From the IMG/VR virus record IMGVR_UViG_3300022841_000021, positions 1-51,285 of that record: a stretch of 51,285 nucleotides of DNA; one strand, written 5' to 3'. Both the position numbers and the translations under genes were made by a program. This stretch comes from a virus. Its lineage: Duplodnaviria > Caudoviricetes. The notes beneath the pieces are model-generated. The model did not search any database. It had not been told where the DNA came from and saw only the letters and a list, made by a program, of their open reading frames with translations. This document shows positions 28,023 through 37,733 of this stretch, one piece after another; position 1 is the first letter of the stretch; every line of letters starts with the position of its first letter.

Positions 28023-28250
28023 ATGATTGAAATAGGATTAGTAGTAACAATATTAATATCAACGCTAATTATAGTAGGCTATTTATTTAAACTTATAAAA
28101 GACGACAAGCTTACAAAAGAAGATATTAGATACATAAGAGGTATGAATGTTCTTAAAAGTAAACAGTCTTATAGTAAAATAGAAATACAAAAAGCACAAC
28201 AAGACATTGATAGTTATTTAGAATTTAAAAAACAAATAGAAAAGATATGA
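28023..28250 (+). CDS. Small membrane protein
   Basis: MIEIGLVVTILISTLIIVGYLF; start reassigned from 27903. Confidence 0.55.
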   Translation: MIEIGLVVTILISTLIIVGYLFKLIKDDKLTKEDIRYIRGMNVLKSKQSYSKIEIQKAQQDIDSYLEFKKQIEKI

Positions 28251-28753
28251 AAAACATTTATGCAAAGATATTGGCAGCCAAAAAGGAGATTGGTACAATA
28301 TCAAAAGACAGTAAAAACCCATTTTTTAAGAGTAATTATTTAAGTCTGAACGGTCTTATAAATGCAGTTGAAGATGTATTGCAGAATCAAGATTTGCTTT
28401 TGTTACAACCTTTAGGAAATGGCGGTGTAAGTTCTATAATATACGATACCGTTAGTGCGGAGCAAGTGGAAAGTTTTATGATGTTGCCAAATATTCAAGA
28501 CCCGCAAAAATTAGGTTCTGCAATTACATATTTTAGAAGATACACTTTGCAAAGTTTGTTAGGATTACAAGCAGAAGATGACGACGGAAACCAAGCTTCA
28601 AAAAAAACTGTAGTTATACCCTCTGAAAAACTAAAGAAGTGTAAAAATTTAGCGGAGTTACAAAGCGTTTTCTTAGGTCTTACGAGAACAGAACAGACCG
28701 CAATGGAAACTTTAAAAAATCAACTTAAAACTACTTTAAATGGGAGCAAGTAA
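28247..28753 (+). CDS. erf: ERF-family single-strand annealing recombinase
   Basis: KNPFFKS.Y, Q.LGSAITYFRRY.L...LGL..EDDDG. Confidence 0.92.
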   Translation: MKNIYAKILAAKKEIGTISKDSKNPFFKSNYLSLNGLINAVEDVLQNQDLLLLQPLGNGGVSSIIYDTVSAEQVESFMMLPNIQDPQKLGSAITYFRRYTLQSLLGLQAEDDDGNQASKKTVVIPSEKLKKCKNLAELQSVFLGLTRTEQTAMETLKNQLKTTLNGSK

Positions 28754-28994
28754 AGAGATGTTTATAGATATGCGAGAGAGAGAATTTACAATTAATACAA
28801 CCTTAAAAATAAAGGGGTTTAATTTAATAGGATTGGAAAACTCTTTACGCCACGATTTCAATGTTATAGACTTTAAAATTATAGCAGACACCGAGAAACT
28901 TTACGCCAATGACGAACAGTTTAAAAAGCTGGTAAAGGCAAAAAAAGAAGCTACTAAGAATTGCGAACTGTATATCAATAGAAACAATGAATGA
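28740..28994 (+). CDS. Hypothetical protein
   Basis: Operon packing. Confidence 0.55.
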   Translation: MGASKEMFIDMREREFTINTTLKIKGFNLIGLENSLRHDFNVIDFKIIADTEKLYANDEQFKKLVKAKKEATKNCELYINRNNE

Positions 28995-29298
28995 GATACT
29001 TATAAAAATTACAGAATTAATAACAGAGTACGAAAGTGGTAAATGGATTTCTGCTGACAATTTAAAAGTAATGCAAAGGCAATTATCTACAAGTATTTAC
29101 CACCTAACAAAGCACAATATAGAGGCTTTTAACCAATGGAACGGAATAGTCTACAACGAAACCACAAGTAATGCAAAAGCGGTTACAAAGGCAGACCACG
29201 ATGTTCCCGAATTAAGAATGACACGCAAAATATTAGAGGCTGCAAGAGGTGTTAGTATAAGTATGAATAGCGAATTATCAATATTAAAAAAAGAATAG
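28987..29298 (+). CDS. Hypothetical protein
   Basis: Operon packing. Confidence 0.6.
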   Translation: MNEILIKITELITEYESGKWISADNLKVMQRQLSTSIYHLTKHNIEAFNQWNGIVYNETTSNAKAVTKADHDVPELRMTRKILEAARGVSISMNSELSILKKE

Positions 29299-29303
29299 AA
29301 ACT

Positions 29304-29474
29304 ATGATTATTACAAGAGAACAACAAGAGAAGCTAGTAAGTGACTACCACAATGAAAAAGATAGAACAGTAAGCGAACATTTCGCTTTTATTGATGGTA
29401 TGGGTTCGATGTTTAGAATGGTGGATACAATGCTTATTAAAGAGTTAAAAGAACGTAAACAATTAAATAAATAG
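29304..29474 (+). CDS. 56-aa hypothetical protein, not in ORF track
   Basis: MIITREQQEKLVSDY... Confidence 0.5.
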   Translation: MIITREQQEKLVSDYHNEKDRTVSEHFAFIDGMGSMFRMVDTMLIKELKERKQLNK

Positions 29475-29481
29475 AAACAAA

Positions 29482-29664
29482 ATGAGTAAAGATTTGAAAA
29501 AAGTAGAGGAAGTAAAAGAAGTTTTAAGCGCAGAGCAACAAAGAGCATTAAGTATTATAATTCAATCGGTTGAAATAGCAACAAAACAGGGTGCTTTTAG
29601 TTTAGACGATGCGGTGGTTATTGGTAATGCAAAGAACTTTTTACAGGAACTAATTAAAAAATAA
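29482..29664 (+). CDS. Hypothetical protein
   Basis: Operon packing. Confidence 0.55.
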   Translation: MSKDLKKVEEVKEVLSAEQQRALSIIIQSVEIATKQGAFSLDDAVVIGNAKNFLQELIKK

Positions 29665-29669
29665 AAATT

Positions 29670-29768
29670 ATGGAAGAATCAGATTGTTGTGGTGCAGATA
29701 GATGGCTAGGTACAGATGTCTGCAACGAGTGTAAAGAACACGCAGATTTTATAGAATTCGAGGATTAA
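29670..29768 (+). CDS. 32-aa Cys-rich mini-protein
   Basis: MEESDCCGADRWLGTDVCNECKEHADFIEFED. Confidence 0.55.
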   Translation: MEESDCCGADRWLGTDVCNECKEHADFIEFED

Positions 29769-29788
29769 TAATTAAACAAGTAGAAATT

Positions 29789-30124
29789 ATGGAAGTAGTT
29801 GGAAAAATTAAAGTAGTAGGAGAGTTAGAAACATTTGCAAGCGGATTTACTAAAAAATTATTAGTAGTAACCACAGACGACCAATACCCGCAGAATATCG
29901 CTATTGAGTTTATGAAAGACAAAATAGACTTGTTAAACGGTTATGCAGTCGGTCAAGACGTGAAAGTGTCTATTAATTTAGGTGGTAGAGAGTGGATTAA
30001 CCCGCAAGGCGAAGCAAAGTATTTTAACAGTATTACAGGTTGGAGAATTGAAAAAGCAGAGGGCGCACCCGCACCATTTACACCGCCTACAGTCTTAGAA
30101 AAAGAAGACGATTTACCTTTTTAG
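29789..30124 (+). CDS. DUF3127-family SSB-like protein
   Basis: YPQ.I..EF, INL.GREW, YFNSI.GWRI, C-terminal DDLPF. Confidence 0.9.
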   Translation: MEVVGKIKVVGELETFASGFTKKLLVVTTDDQYPQNIAIEFMKDKIDLLNGYAVGQDVKVSINLGGREWINPQGEAKYFNSITGWRIEKAEGAPAPFTPPTVLEKEDDLPF

Positions 30125-30139
30125 TTTTGTTAGTTTTTT

Positions 30140-30171
30140 CCCGTGCGTTTTCATAGTTCGCACGGGTTTTT
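30140..30171 (+). terminator. Intrinsic terminator
   Basis: CCCGTGCG...CGCACGGG plus T run. Confidence 0.75.
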
Positions 30172-30187
30172 AAACCCCTATAAAAAT

Positions 30188-30469
30188 ATGAATACATACG
30201 AATGCAGCGACGGTACAAGGCTTAAAAAATCTGTAATAGATAGTTTAGTTAGAAAGGCAAAAGAGCAGAAATTAAGGCAGTTTATAGATGAAAACGGATA
30301 TGTTTTTTGCGAAGAGTGCAAAGTTTCAAACGCTTTTAAATTTGACTGCTCACACGATTTAAGTGTAAAGAAATGCCAGGAGAATGGAACTACAGAACTA
30401 GCGTTCGATGTTAATAATATTTCAATACTATGCAGAAAGTGCCACCAAATTAAAGACAAACTCTATTGA
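30188..30469 (+). CDS. HNH/NinG-like Zn-finger protein
   Basis: CEEC...DCSH...NISILCRKCHQ..D. Confidence 0.7.
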   Translation: MNTYECSDGTRLKKSVIDSLVRKAKEQKLRQFIDENGYVFCEECKVSNAFKFDCSHDLSVKKCQENGTTELAFDVNNISILCRKCHQIKDKLY

Positions 30470-30789
30470 TTTTAAACATAAAAGCATTAAGCGTAAACCA
30501 AGCGTGGCAAGGCAGAAGATTTAAGACGAATAAATACAAAGCATTTGAGAAAGAAATGTTATTCGTGCTGCCAAATCTAAAGATAAAATTTAAAGGAGAT
30601 TTAAAGGTTACAATACATTACGGTTTTAGTTCAAAATTAAGCGATATAGACAACCCCACAAAATTAGTACTAGATATACTATGTAAAAAATACGGGTTCG
30701 ATGACAGGCAGATTTATGAGTTAAACCAAACTAAAGAAATTGTAAAAAAAGGAAAAGATTTTATATCAATTGATGTAAAAGAATTATAA
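30466..30789 (+). CDS. rusA: RusA-family Holliday-junction resolvase
   Basis: SVN, DIDNPTK..LD, FDDRQI motifs. Confidence 0.85.
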   Translation: MILNIKALSVNQAWQGRRFKTNKYKAFEKEMLFVLPNLKIKFKGDLKVTIHYGFSSKLSDIDNPTKLVLDILCKKYGFDDRQIYELNQTKEIVKKGKDFISIDVKEL

Positions 30790-30801
30790 AAAAAAACAAC
30801 T

Positions 30802-31473
30802 ATGAAACTAACAAAAAGAAAAGGCTTTAATTTCTTCAGAAGTTACTTCGATGTTTATAACGAATTAGAAAAAGATTCTGATAAAGTTGCTTTTATAGAT
30901 GCGTTATTAGGTAGGCAATTCTTAGGAGTTAAACCCGAAAACTTAAAAGGGATGGCAAAGTTTGCGTACATATCTCAAACTAACAGTATTGATAGCCAGG
31001 TAAGGGGTTACGAAGATAAAACAAGGACTAAATTAAACCCCTTAGAGGTAAATAATTACACCCCATCTGTAGGGGGTTCGGTAGGGGGTAAGGTAACCCC
31101 TCCCCTACAAGTAGAAGAGAAAGAGAAAGAGAAAGTAAATAATAATACTACTGTGCCTTTGCAAAAAGCAAAGGGGTTGATTGATTTTGATTCTTTGTTA
31201 ATGTTCTTAAACTTAAAAACTGGTAAAAACTTTAGAATAATAAACAAAGCCACACGCCAAAAATTTAATGCAAGGCTAAAAGACAAATACACAAAAGAAG
31301 ATATTAGAAACGCAATTACAAACGCCTGTAAAGATACTTTTCACAAGGAGAACGGTTTTAAATATTTAAACCCTGAATATTTCAGTAGGTCGCAGACGTT
31401 GGATAGTCACGCTTTTAAGAAGATTAACGGAGTAATAGCAGCAGAAGTAAACCCATATTTTCCTAAAAACTAA
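30802..31473 (+). CDS. Replication initiator-like protein
   Basis: F.FFRSY N-terminus, low-complexity linker with repeats, C-terminal FLN.KTGK.F...ARLK..Y...YLNPE.F domain. Confidence 0.7.
   Translation: MKLTKRKGFNFFRSYFDVYNELEKDSDKVAFIDALLGRQFLGVKPENLKGMAKFAYISQTNSIDSQVRGYEDKTRTKLNPLEVNNYTPSVGGSVGGKVTPPLQVEEKEKEKVNNNTTVPLQKAKGLIDFDSLLMFLNLKTGKNFRIINKATRQKFNARLKDKYTKEDIRNAITNACKDTFHKENGFKYLNPEYFSRSQTLDSHAFKKINGVIAAEVNPYFPKN
31036..31150. promoter_or_regulatory. Candidate origin iterons inside the initiator gene
   Basis: GTAGGGGGT at 31069 and 31081, inverted CCCCT copies, followed by an A-rich tract. Confidence 0.45.
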
Positions 31474-31478
31474 AAACG

Positions 31479-31985
31479 ATGAGCAACACAAAAAAACTAG
31501 CAAACGAGAAAGAGTTTAGAAACGTTAAAAAAGCGGGTGAAAAATTGCTATGGCGTTTATTACCAGATAAGTCAGGTCAGTATAAAGCGTTTAAGCCTAA
31601 TGAGAACGATTCTAACGCAATTAAATCTATTTTAGGTATGATTAATAGGATTGAAAAAAATAACGTCGCAAACAACACCCTTTTTGCAAAGCTTTATATT
31701 AACTTTTTAACGCAAGAAATTAGATATCACGGTACAACGGTTTTTGATGAAACCATTTTCGCAATTGTAAACGCAAAATTAGACTACTCTTTAGACTCTT
31801 ATTATGCAGCTTTTGTAAATGATTTACACGGCAACCAATATAATAAAATTGTAACAGATGAAACTGAAAAAGAGCAGTTAGAAACTGTTAAAATGGCACA
31901 ACAATTTAAGCAGACTTTTAGCCACGATTTTATAGCACCAAAATTAAACGAAGCAATTAACCACGCAATTTTAAACCTCTCATAA
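31479..31985 (+). CDS. Hypothetical replication-region protein
   Basis: Between initiator and helicase. Confidence 0.6.
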   Translation: MSNTKKLANEKEFRNVKKAGEKLLWRLLPDKSGQYKAFKPNENDSNAIKSILGMINRIEKNNVANNTLFAKLYINFLTQEIRYHGTTVFDETIFAIVNAKLDYSLDSYYAAFVNDLHGNQYNKIVTDETEKEQLETVKMAQQFKQTFSHDFIAPKLNEAINHAILNLS

Positions 31986-32983
31986 TGTTCAACTTAAACG
32001 AAACACCACAAGAACCAAAAGAGCAAATAGATTACTCTAAATATATTGTTAATTCTGATAGTATAAACAGTAGCGTACAAGCGTTTTTTAATGGCGAAAT
32101 TAAGAAAGGTTATGGTATTGGAATACCTTGTTTTGATGAGTATTTTGTATGTAAAGAAAATGAATTATACGCACTAACAGGAAAGAAAGGAGAGGGTAAA
32201 ACCACAATTAATCAAGCGATACAAATAATGCAATCTATTGTAAATGGTTTAGTGTGGGTTTGTGCTTACCAAGAAAACAAAGACTACTCCCAAAAGATAA
32301 ATTATTTAGACTATTTACTTGGAGAAAGTGCAAACAATGTAAGGTTGAAAAACCCTGAATTATACAACAAAGCAAGTCTTTGGATTGACAAACATTTTAT
32401 CTTTTTAAAGTTAGAAGATATAAGCACCGCTTTAGAGGTAACAAAGCATTTAATAGATTCAGGTGTAGAAGTTCACGCTTTAGTATTAGACCCTATCAAC
32501 TCTTTTATAAGTGGATTTAACACAACAGGCAACGGTTACTCTGACGGAGTAGAAACCGCAAGAAAGGTGCAAAGGTTTGTAGAAGATTACTGTACGGTTT
32601 ACGTTTCTCAGCACCCTAATATGAGAGCGCAAAGAGAAGATAAACCTGTAACTTCTTACGATGCAGAGGGTGGATGGTGGAATAATAAAGCAGATACAAC
32701 GTGGGTTATTAATAGAGAAAAAGGAACGTCTTTAAATAATATAGGAATAGAGAATGTAAGAAATAAACATACAGGAGGGAATAGAACAGACCCAGAAAAC
32801 CCTTTAATTATTGATTGGGATTTTTGTATTATAAATATAATAAAAGGCGGTGAAAAATATCAAAATGTAATACAATATTTAGTACGAAAACACAACCCTT
32901 TAAACTTTGACCACGAATATTTAGAAGAAACAAAAGAGATAATAACAGTAGAGCCAGCGGAAGCGTTTGACGTACCATTTTAA
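31985..32983 (+). CDS. DnaB/RecA-fold P-loop helicase
   Basis: Walker A GKKGEGKT, Walker B LVLDP, QHP, NKAD motifs. Confidence 0.8.
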   Translation: MFNLNETPQEPKEQIDYSKYIVNSDSINSSVQAFFNGEIKKGYGIGIPCFDEYFVCKENELYALTGKKGEGKTTINQAIQIMQSIVNGLVWVCAYQENKDYSQKINYLDYLLGESANNVRLKNPELYNKASLWIDKHFIFLKLEDISTALEVTKHLIDSGVEVHALVLDPINSFISGFNTTGNGYSDGVETARKVQRFVEDYCTVYVSQHPNMRAQREDKPVTSYDAEGGWWNNKADTTWVINREKGTSLNNIGIENVRNKHTGGNRTDPENPLIIDWDFCIINIIKGGEKYQNVIQYLVRKHNPLNFDHEYLEETKEIITVEPAEAFDVPF

Positions 32984-32993
32984 AAAGTAAGAT

Positions 32994-33380
32994 ATGAACA
33001 CACAAGAAAAATATAACGAGTTAATGGAAGCAGCAGAAGAAAGAATGAACATTATAGGACAAAATGGAAACGATGGTTTGGTATACGAAGAGCCAAGCCA
33101 ATACCAAAAAGACCTACAGAAATACTATTCTAAAATAGGCTTAGACGTTGTTAGCGATGTTGCATTCCCAAAAGAAGAAAACAAATACAAGGTGAAGTGC
33201 AAAGGTGTAGAGATTGACGTGTACGATGTTCTATGGGCGTTTGATGTTATAAACCCAGCAATTCAACACGCAATAAAGAAATTATTAAAAGGTGGCGAAA
33301 GAGGATATAAAGACGAATCACAAGATTACAAGGAAGCCGTGCAAAGTATTAACAGAGCAATAGAACTTATAAAAGAATGA
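32994..33380 (+). CDS. Conserved phage protein (DUF3310-like), paralog of 1154..1492
   Basis: Same motif; 42 nt identical between copies. Confidence 0.6.
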   Translation: MNTQEKYNELMEAAEERMNIIGQNGNDGLVYEEPSQYQKDLQKYYSKIGLDVVSDVAFPKEENKYKVKCKGVEIDVYDVLWAFDVINPAIQHAIKKLLKGGERGYKDESQDYKEAVQSINRAIELIKE

Positions 33381-33580
33381 GATTCACAATAAATAAACTA
33401 TTCACAGAATTGTTTTTGAGTTACAGAACCACACAGACAGAGTTCGGACACCTTACAGACACAAATAAAAACACGGTACACGATTGGATCAAAGAAAAGA
33501 ACCAAATAAAATTTAGCAAACTAGAAGAAATCTGCAAAGAGTTAGGTTTAAAAGTTGAAATAAAAATATCAAAAATATAA
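33377..33580 (+). CDS. XRE-type HTH protein
   Basis: TQTEFGHLTDTNKNTVHDW...LEEICKELG. Confidence 0.75.
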   Translation: MRFTINKLFTELFLSYRTTQTEFGHLTDTNKNTVHDWIKEKNQIKFSKLEEICKELGLKVEIKISKI

Positions 33581-33581
33581 A

Positions 33582-33845
33582 ATGAGCGAACACCAACAAC
33601 AATTACAAAGGTGCTTTATATTAATAGACCTTTTAATACAAGAAATAGACACGGTAACAGAGAAGCCTTTGCCTATGACAGTAACGCTAAGAGAACGCTT
33701 AGAACTATCGCAAGAAACGCTTATAGAGCTATTCGAAGACGTGTACGCAAAAAGCAATATAAAACGCACTTCGTTCTTTCAAACGGTACAAGAAAAAGTA
33801 AACTACATAATTAACATTCAAGAAAAAAAATTATTTAAGATATGA
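33582..33845 (+). CDS. Hypothetical protein
   Basis: Operon packing. Confidence 0.55.
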   Translation: MSEHQQQLQRCFILIDLLIQEIDTVTEKPLPMTVTLRERLELSQETLIELFEDVYAKSNIKRTSFFQTVQEKVNYIINIQEKKLFKI

Positions 33846-34330
33846 TTAGCAGAAAAGAAATTATAGAGGTTTTAAAAAAGGATATTAGCAAAGCGTTTGG
33901 AGTAGACTTTAACGAAACAACAAACAAAAGCAGAAAAAGAGAATTTGTAGATGCTCGGTTAGTATTCGCACAAGTGTGTAGATATCATTTAAAGATGAAA
34001 TACAGACAGATTGGCGAATTGATAAACAAAGACCACGCTACAATAATACACTATCTAAATAGCTACGATGGGCATTACAAATATGATTCTGTTTTTAAAG
34101 AGAACGTAGATAAATTAGTTATAGACGACTATTTAATAACGGATGACTTACTAATAAACCACGAGTTAAAAAGACTAGAGTTAAAAGTGCATAATCTAAA
34201 AATGCGTTTAAGCGATACAAAAGAAGTAGAAAAGTACAAGGCGAAGCAATTAATAAACAACGTTTTAAACTCATACAATATTTTAGGGCTTAGCAATCTG
34301 CAAAATAATTTAATTATAATGCCTAGTTAA
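33842..34330 (+). CDS. DnaA C-terminal-like HTH protein
   Basis: KSRKREFVDAR...QIGELINKDHATIIH. Confidence 0.8.
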   Translation: MISRKEIIEVLKKDISKAFGVDFNETTNKSRKREFVDARLVFAQVCRYHLKMKYRQIGELINKDHATIIHYLNSYDGHYKYDSVFKENVDKLVIDDYLITDDLLINHELKRLELKVHNLKMRLSDTKEVEKYKAKQLINNVLNSYNILGLSNLQNNLIIMPS

Positions 34331-34338
34331 ATAAACAT

Positions 34339-34430
34339 AACTTCTTAGTATCACAAAGGGCGCAATAAGAAACCAAGCTACTTAATTAGGGTGTAGAATG
34401 GTGGGTGTTACCGATGTATACTAAGAAGTT
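34339..34430. repeat. 92-nt hairpin with 13-bp perfect terminal inverted repeat
   Basis: AACTTCTTAGTAT / ATACTAAGAAGTT with inner ACCA/TGGT and CTAC/GTAG pairs. Confidence 0.75.
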
Positions 34431-34665
34431 TTCATTTATTTACAAACAAAACAGTACTTTACAATACAAATAGATTACCTTTATATCGTAAAACACCCCT
34501 TATGTTCATATATCGAATAAAGAGAAACGGAGTTCACCACGATTATTCTATAGAGTATAGTTGTAAGGCTTTGGCTCTAAAATGGTATAAAGAGCAAGGT
34601 AAGGAGTTAGCAAAGTTAAGTAATAGAGATTTAATACTTTTTAATAACAGTTTAAGAGATAGATA

Positions 34666-35094
34666 ATGGCACACCCTACAAGAATTTTCCACAAGCCTGA
34701 AGAGATAGAAAAAGCCTTTAACGAATATAAAGAAGATATAAAGGAACAGTCTAAAGAATGGTTAAAAATTCAGTATGTAGGTAAAGATGGTGAGAGAAAA
34801 GCTGATGGGCAAAAAGTACCCTTAACAATGGAAGGATTCGAGCGTTTTTGTTATGATAGATACGGAGTTGTAGAGCAATATTTTAAAAATCAAGACGGTT
34901 ATTATGATGTCTTCATTCCTATCTGTTCGCGTGTAAGAAAAGAAATAAGAGAAAACCAAATAACAGGCGGTCTTTTAGGTTTCTATAACCCTAGTATTAC
35001 ACAACGTTTAAATAGTTTAGTAGATAAGACGTCTACGGAGTTAAGTGGTGGTTTGAATATTCCAGATATTCCTGATATTAGTGAAAGAAAATAA
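34666..35094 (+). CDS. terS: Terminase small subunit (P22 gp3-like)
   Basis: PLT.EGF, QI.GGL.G.YNPSITQRLN.L; overlaps terL. Confidence 0.85.
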   Translation: MAHPTRIFHKPEEIEKAFNEYKEDIKEQSKEWLKIQYVGKDGERKADGQKVPLTMEGFERFCYDRYGVVEQYFKNQDGYYDVFIPICSRVRKEIRENQITGGLLGFYNPSITQRLNSLVDKTSTELSGGLNIPDIPDISERK

Positions 35095-36295
35095 ATATCT
35101 ATATACGAGAGCTTACTTTAAGATTTTAGACCTTATAAAATCGAACCCTGACGAGAACGTATTTGTTATTCGTGGCGGTCAAGGTGCTTCTAAAACGGTT
35201 AGTATAATACAACTTTTAATACAATCTTTATGCTCAAAAACCCAAGAAGCTACTATTCTTTCTTCTGAACTCTCTAAAATGAAGAGAACGGTTATAAGAG
35301 ATTACAAAAAGATATGTAAAGACTGGGGTGTATTAGATAACGAATACGATTTTAATAAGTCAGAAAGCAAACACGAATACTTTAACGGTTCTTATTTAGA
35401 TTTCTTAGGTGCAGATGTAAACGATGTAGGTAAGGGTTTTAGACGTGATATTCTCTATATCAATGAAGCGGATAAAATGGATGTAGATACTGCGGTTCAG
35501 TTTATATCTAGGGCTGGTCTAACATTAATAGATTACAACCCCGATGCTCTTTTTTGGGGTGACGACTACATAAACGAAAACAACTTTATAACATTAACAT
35601 TTGAAGATAATGAATACTTAGCAAGTAGCGAAGTTAAAAGTATTTTAGACTACAAGCAAAAAGGCTTTTTCGATACTCTTTTACCTACTGAAAGTTTATT
35701 CTCTGATGGTAACGTTAAGAATAAATATTGGTCTAACAAATGGCGTGTTTATGGCTTGGGGTTAGTTGGTAATTTAGACGGTGTAGTGTTTGATAATTGG
35801 AGTATTATTAGTAGCGTTCCTGACGGTGCAAGATTGGTAGGTATTGGTTTGGATTTCGGTTATACAAATGACCCAACGGCTGCAGTTGAAGTATATCAAT
35901 ACGAAGGTAAGAGGGTTTTAAATGAAATAGTATACAGAACAGGAATGCTTAACCACGACATAGCTAAGGTATTACCTATGAATACTTTTGTTTATGCGGA
36001 TAGTGCAGAGCCTAAGTCTATTGAAGAGATAAGAAGGACTGGGGTTAATATTATGCCTGTTACTAAAGGTGCGGATTCTATTATTTTTGGTATTCAAACG
36101 ATGCAAACACAAGAGTATTTAATAACATCTAAGTCTAAGAATGTTTTAAATGAGTTTCAAAAATACATTTGGCAGAAGGATAGGAGAGGAGACACACAGA
36201 ATAAACCCATTGATAAATACAACCACGCAATAGATGCAATAAGGTATCACGAAATGATGGACATAGGCGTTAACAACAAAGTATTCTTTTTTTAA
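35081..36295 (+). CDS. terL: Terminase large subunit (PBSX/SPP1-like)
   Basis: RGGQGASKT, YINEA, DYNP, GLDFGYTNDP, ADSAEP, NHAIDAIRY. Confidence 0.95.
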   Translation: MKENKYLYTRAYFKILDLIKSNPDENVFVIRGGQGASKTVSIIQLLIQSLCSKTQEATILSSELSKMKRTVIRDYKKICKDWGVLDNEYDFNKSESKHEYFNGSYLDFLGADVNDVGKGFRRDILYINEADKMDVDTAVQFISRAGLTLIDYNPDALFWGDDYINENNFITLTFEDNEYLASSEVKSILDYKQKGFFDTLLPTESLFSDGNVKNKYWSNKWRVYGLGLVGNLDGVVFDNWSIISSVPDGARLVGIGLDFGYTNDPTAAVEVYQYEGKRVLNEIVYRTGMLNHDIAKVLPMNTFVYADSAEPKSIEEIRRTGVNIMPVTKGADSIIFGIQTMQTQEYLITSKSKNVLNEFQKYIWQKDRRGDTQNKPIDKYNHAIDAIRYHEMMDIGVNNKVFFF

Positions 36296-36353
36296 ATTAA
36301 CATTATAGATTTTAATGATTATTTTTGTTTACAGTATAAATTATAACTATTAG

Positions 36354-37733
36354 ATGGGATTATTTTCAGATATATTTAAGCGAGGTAACACGACAAACAA
36401 GTATAATCAATCATTCTTTAAATGGATGGGTGGTAATGGTAGTGCCTACGATACTAATGCGGTATCTTACATAGAGAAAGGGTATAATATAAACCCTATT
36501 GTTTATAGTGTTATTGCACAAATGGCTACAAAGACTTCTTCTGTGCCTTACACTATTAAAAAGATAGAATCTAAAGAGCAAAAGAGAAAGGCGGACAGAC
36601 TTGTTAAGGCTACAGGTTACGACCTAACACCACAACAACAAGCAAAGCAATTATTAATAGAAACTAAAGCATATTCAGACGAAGAGTTAGATATGCCAAT
36701 CGTTAAGCCAAACCCTTTGCAAACGTGGAGCGAATGGTTAGAGTTATACAAAACATTAATTAGATTAACTGGTAACGTTTATATCTACAAATTAAGTGTA
36801 ACAGAGGGCGCAAACGCTGGTAAAATACTAGGTGTTTACTTGCTACCTTCTCATTTAATGAATATTGTACTAAAACAAAACGCTGATTTAATGAGTTTAG
36901 AAAGCCCTATTAGCGGTTATAAACTAATTAGCGGAGAAACGGATGTAACATTCACAGAAGATGAAGTAACGCATATAAAGTATGCTAATCCAAACTATGA
37001 TACTGACGGCTCACACTTATACGGTTTAAGCCCATTAAGAGCAATCTTAAAGAACATTGAAAGCTCTAACACCGCTTTAGACCTAAACATTAAAACAATG
37101 AATAACGGTGGCGCTTTTGGTTTTATACATTCTAAAGGGCAAACACCGTTAACATCTGACCAAGCGAAAGGAATTAAGGAGCGTATTAAAGATTCTTTTA
37201 ACGATAAAGATAAGTTAAGCCAAATAATGGGCGTATCGGCTGAAATTGGTTTCACTAGAATAGGTATGACTACAGACGAATTAAAGTTGTTTGATTACTT
37301 AAACTTTGACCAAAAGCAAATATGTAACGCGTTAGGTTGGTCTGATAAGCTACTAAATAATGATGCTGGTGCTAAATACGACAATGTAAACCAATTCCGT
37401 AAGCAAGTTGTAGTAGATAATATTATACCAGATTTAAACCTCTTAACAGAAGCTTTTGATACGGATATTTTACCACATTTTAAAGGCTATGAAGATACTT
37501 GTTTAAAGTTTGAGTATTCAGAACTGCCTGAAATGCAACAAGATTTAACCGAAATGATAAACTGGATAAAACCAGCTATAGAGATTGGTTTAATTAATAG
37601 AAACGAAGGTCGTAGTTTTATGAAGCTATCAGTTTCGGATAACGAGCAAATGAATGAAATTACCGTAAACACAGATATACTAACGTTAGAACAGGCTTTA
37701 GACGATTTTCCTAGTGTAGATGGCGGTTTATGA
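36354..37733 (+). CDS. Portal protein, HK97 family (module B)
   Basis: PNPLQT..E, GNVY, YLLPS, HIKY.NP, YGLSPL. Confidence 0.93.
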   Translation: MGLFSDIFKRGNTTNKYNQSFFKWMGGNGSAYDTNAVSYIEKGYNINPIVYSVIAQMATKTSSVPYTIKKIESKEQKRKADRLVKATGYDLTPQQQAKQLLIETKAYSDEELDMPIVKPNPLQTWSEWLELYKTLIRLTGNVYIYKLSVTEGANAGKILGVYLLPSHLMNIVLKQNADLMSLESPISGYKLISGETDVTFTEDEVTHIKYANPNYDTDGSHLYGLSPLRAILKNIESSNTALDLNIKTMNNGGAFGFIHSKGQTPLTSDQAKGIKERIKDSFNDKDKLSQIMGVSAEIGFTRIGMTTDELKLFDYLNFDQKQICNALGWSDKLLNNDAGAKYDNVNQFRKQVVVDNIIPDLNLLTEAFDTDILPHFKGYEDTCLKFEYSELPEMQQDLTEMINWIKPAIEIGLINRNEGRSFMKLSVSDNEQMNEITVNTDILTLEQALDDFPSVDGGL

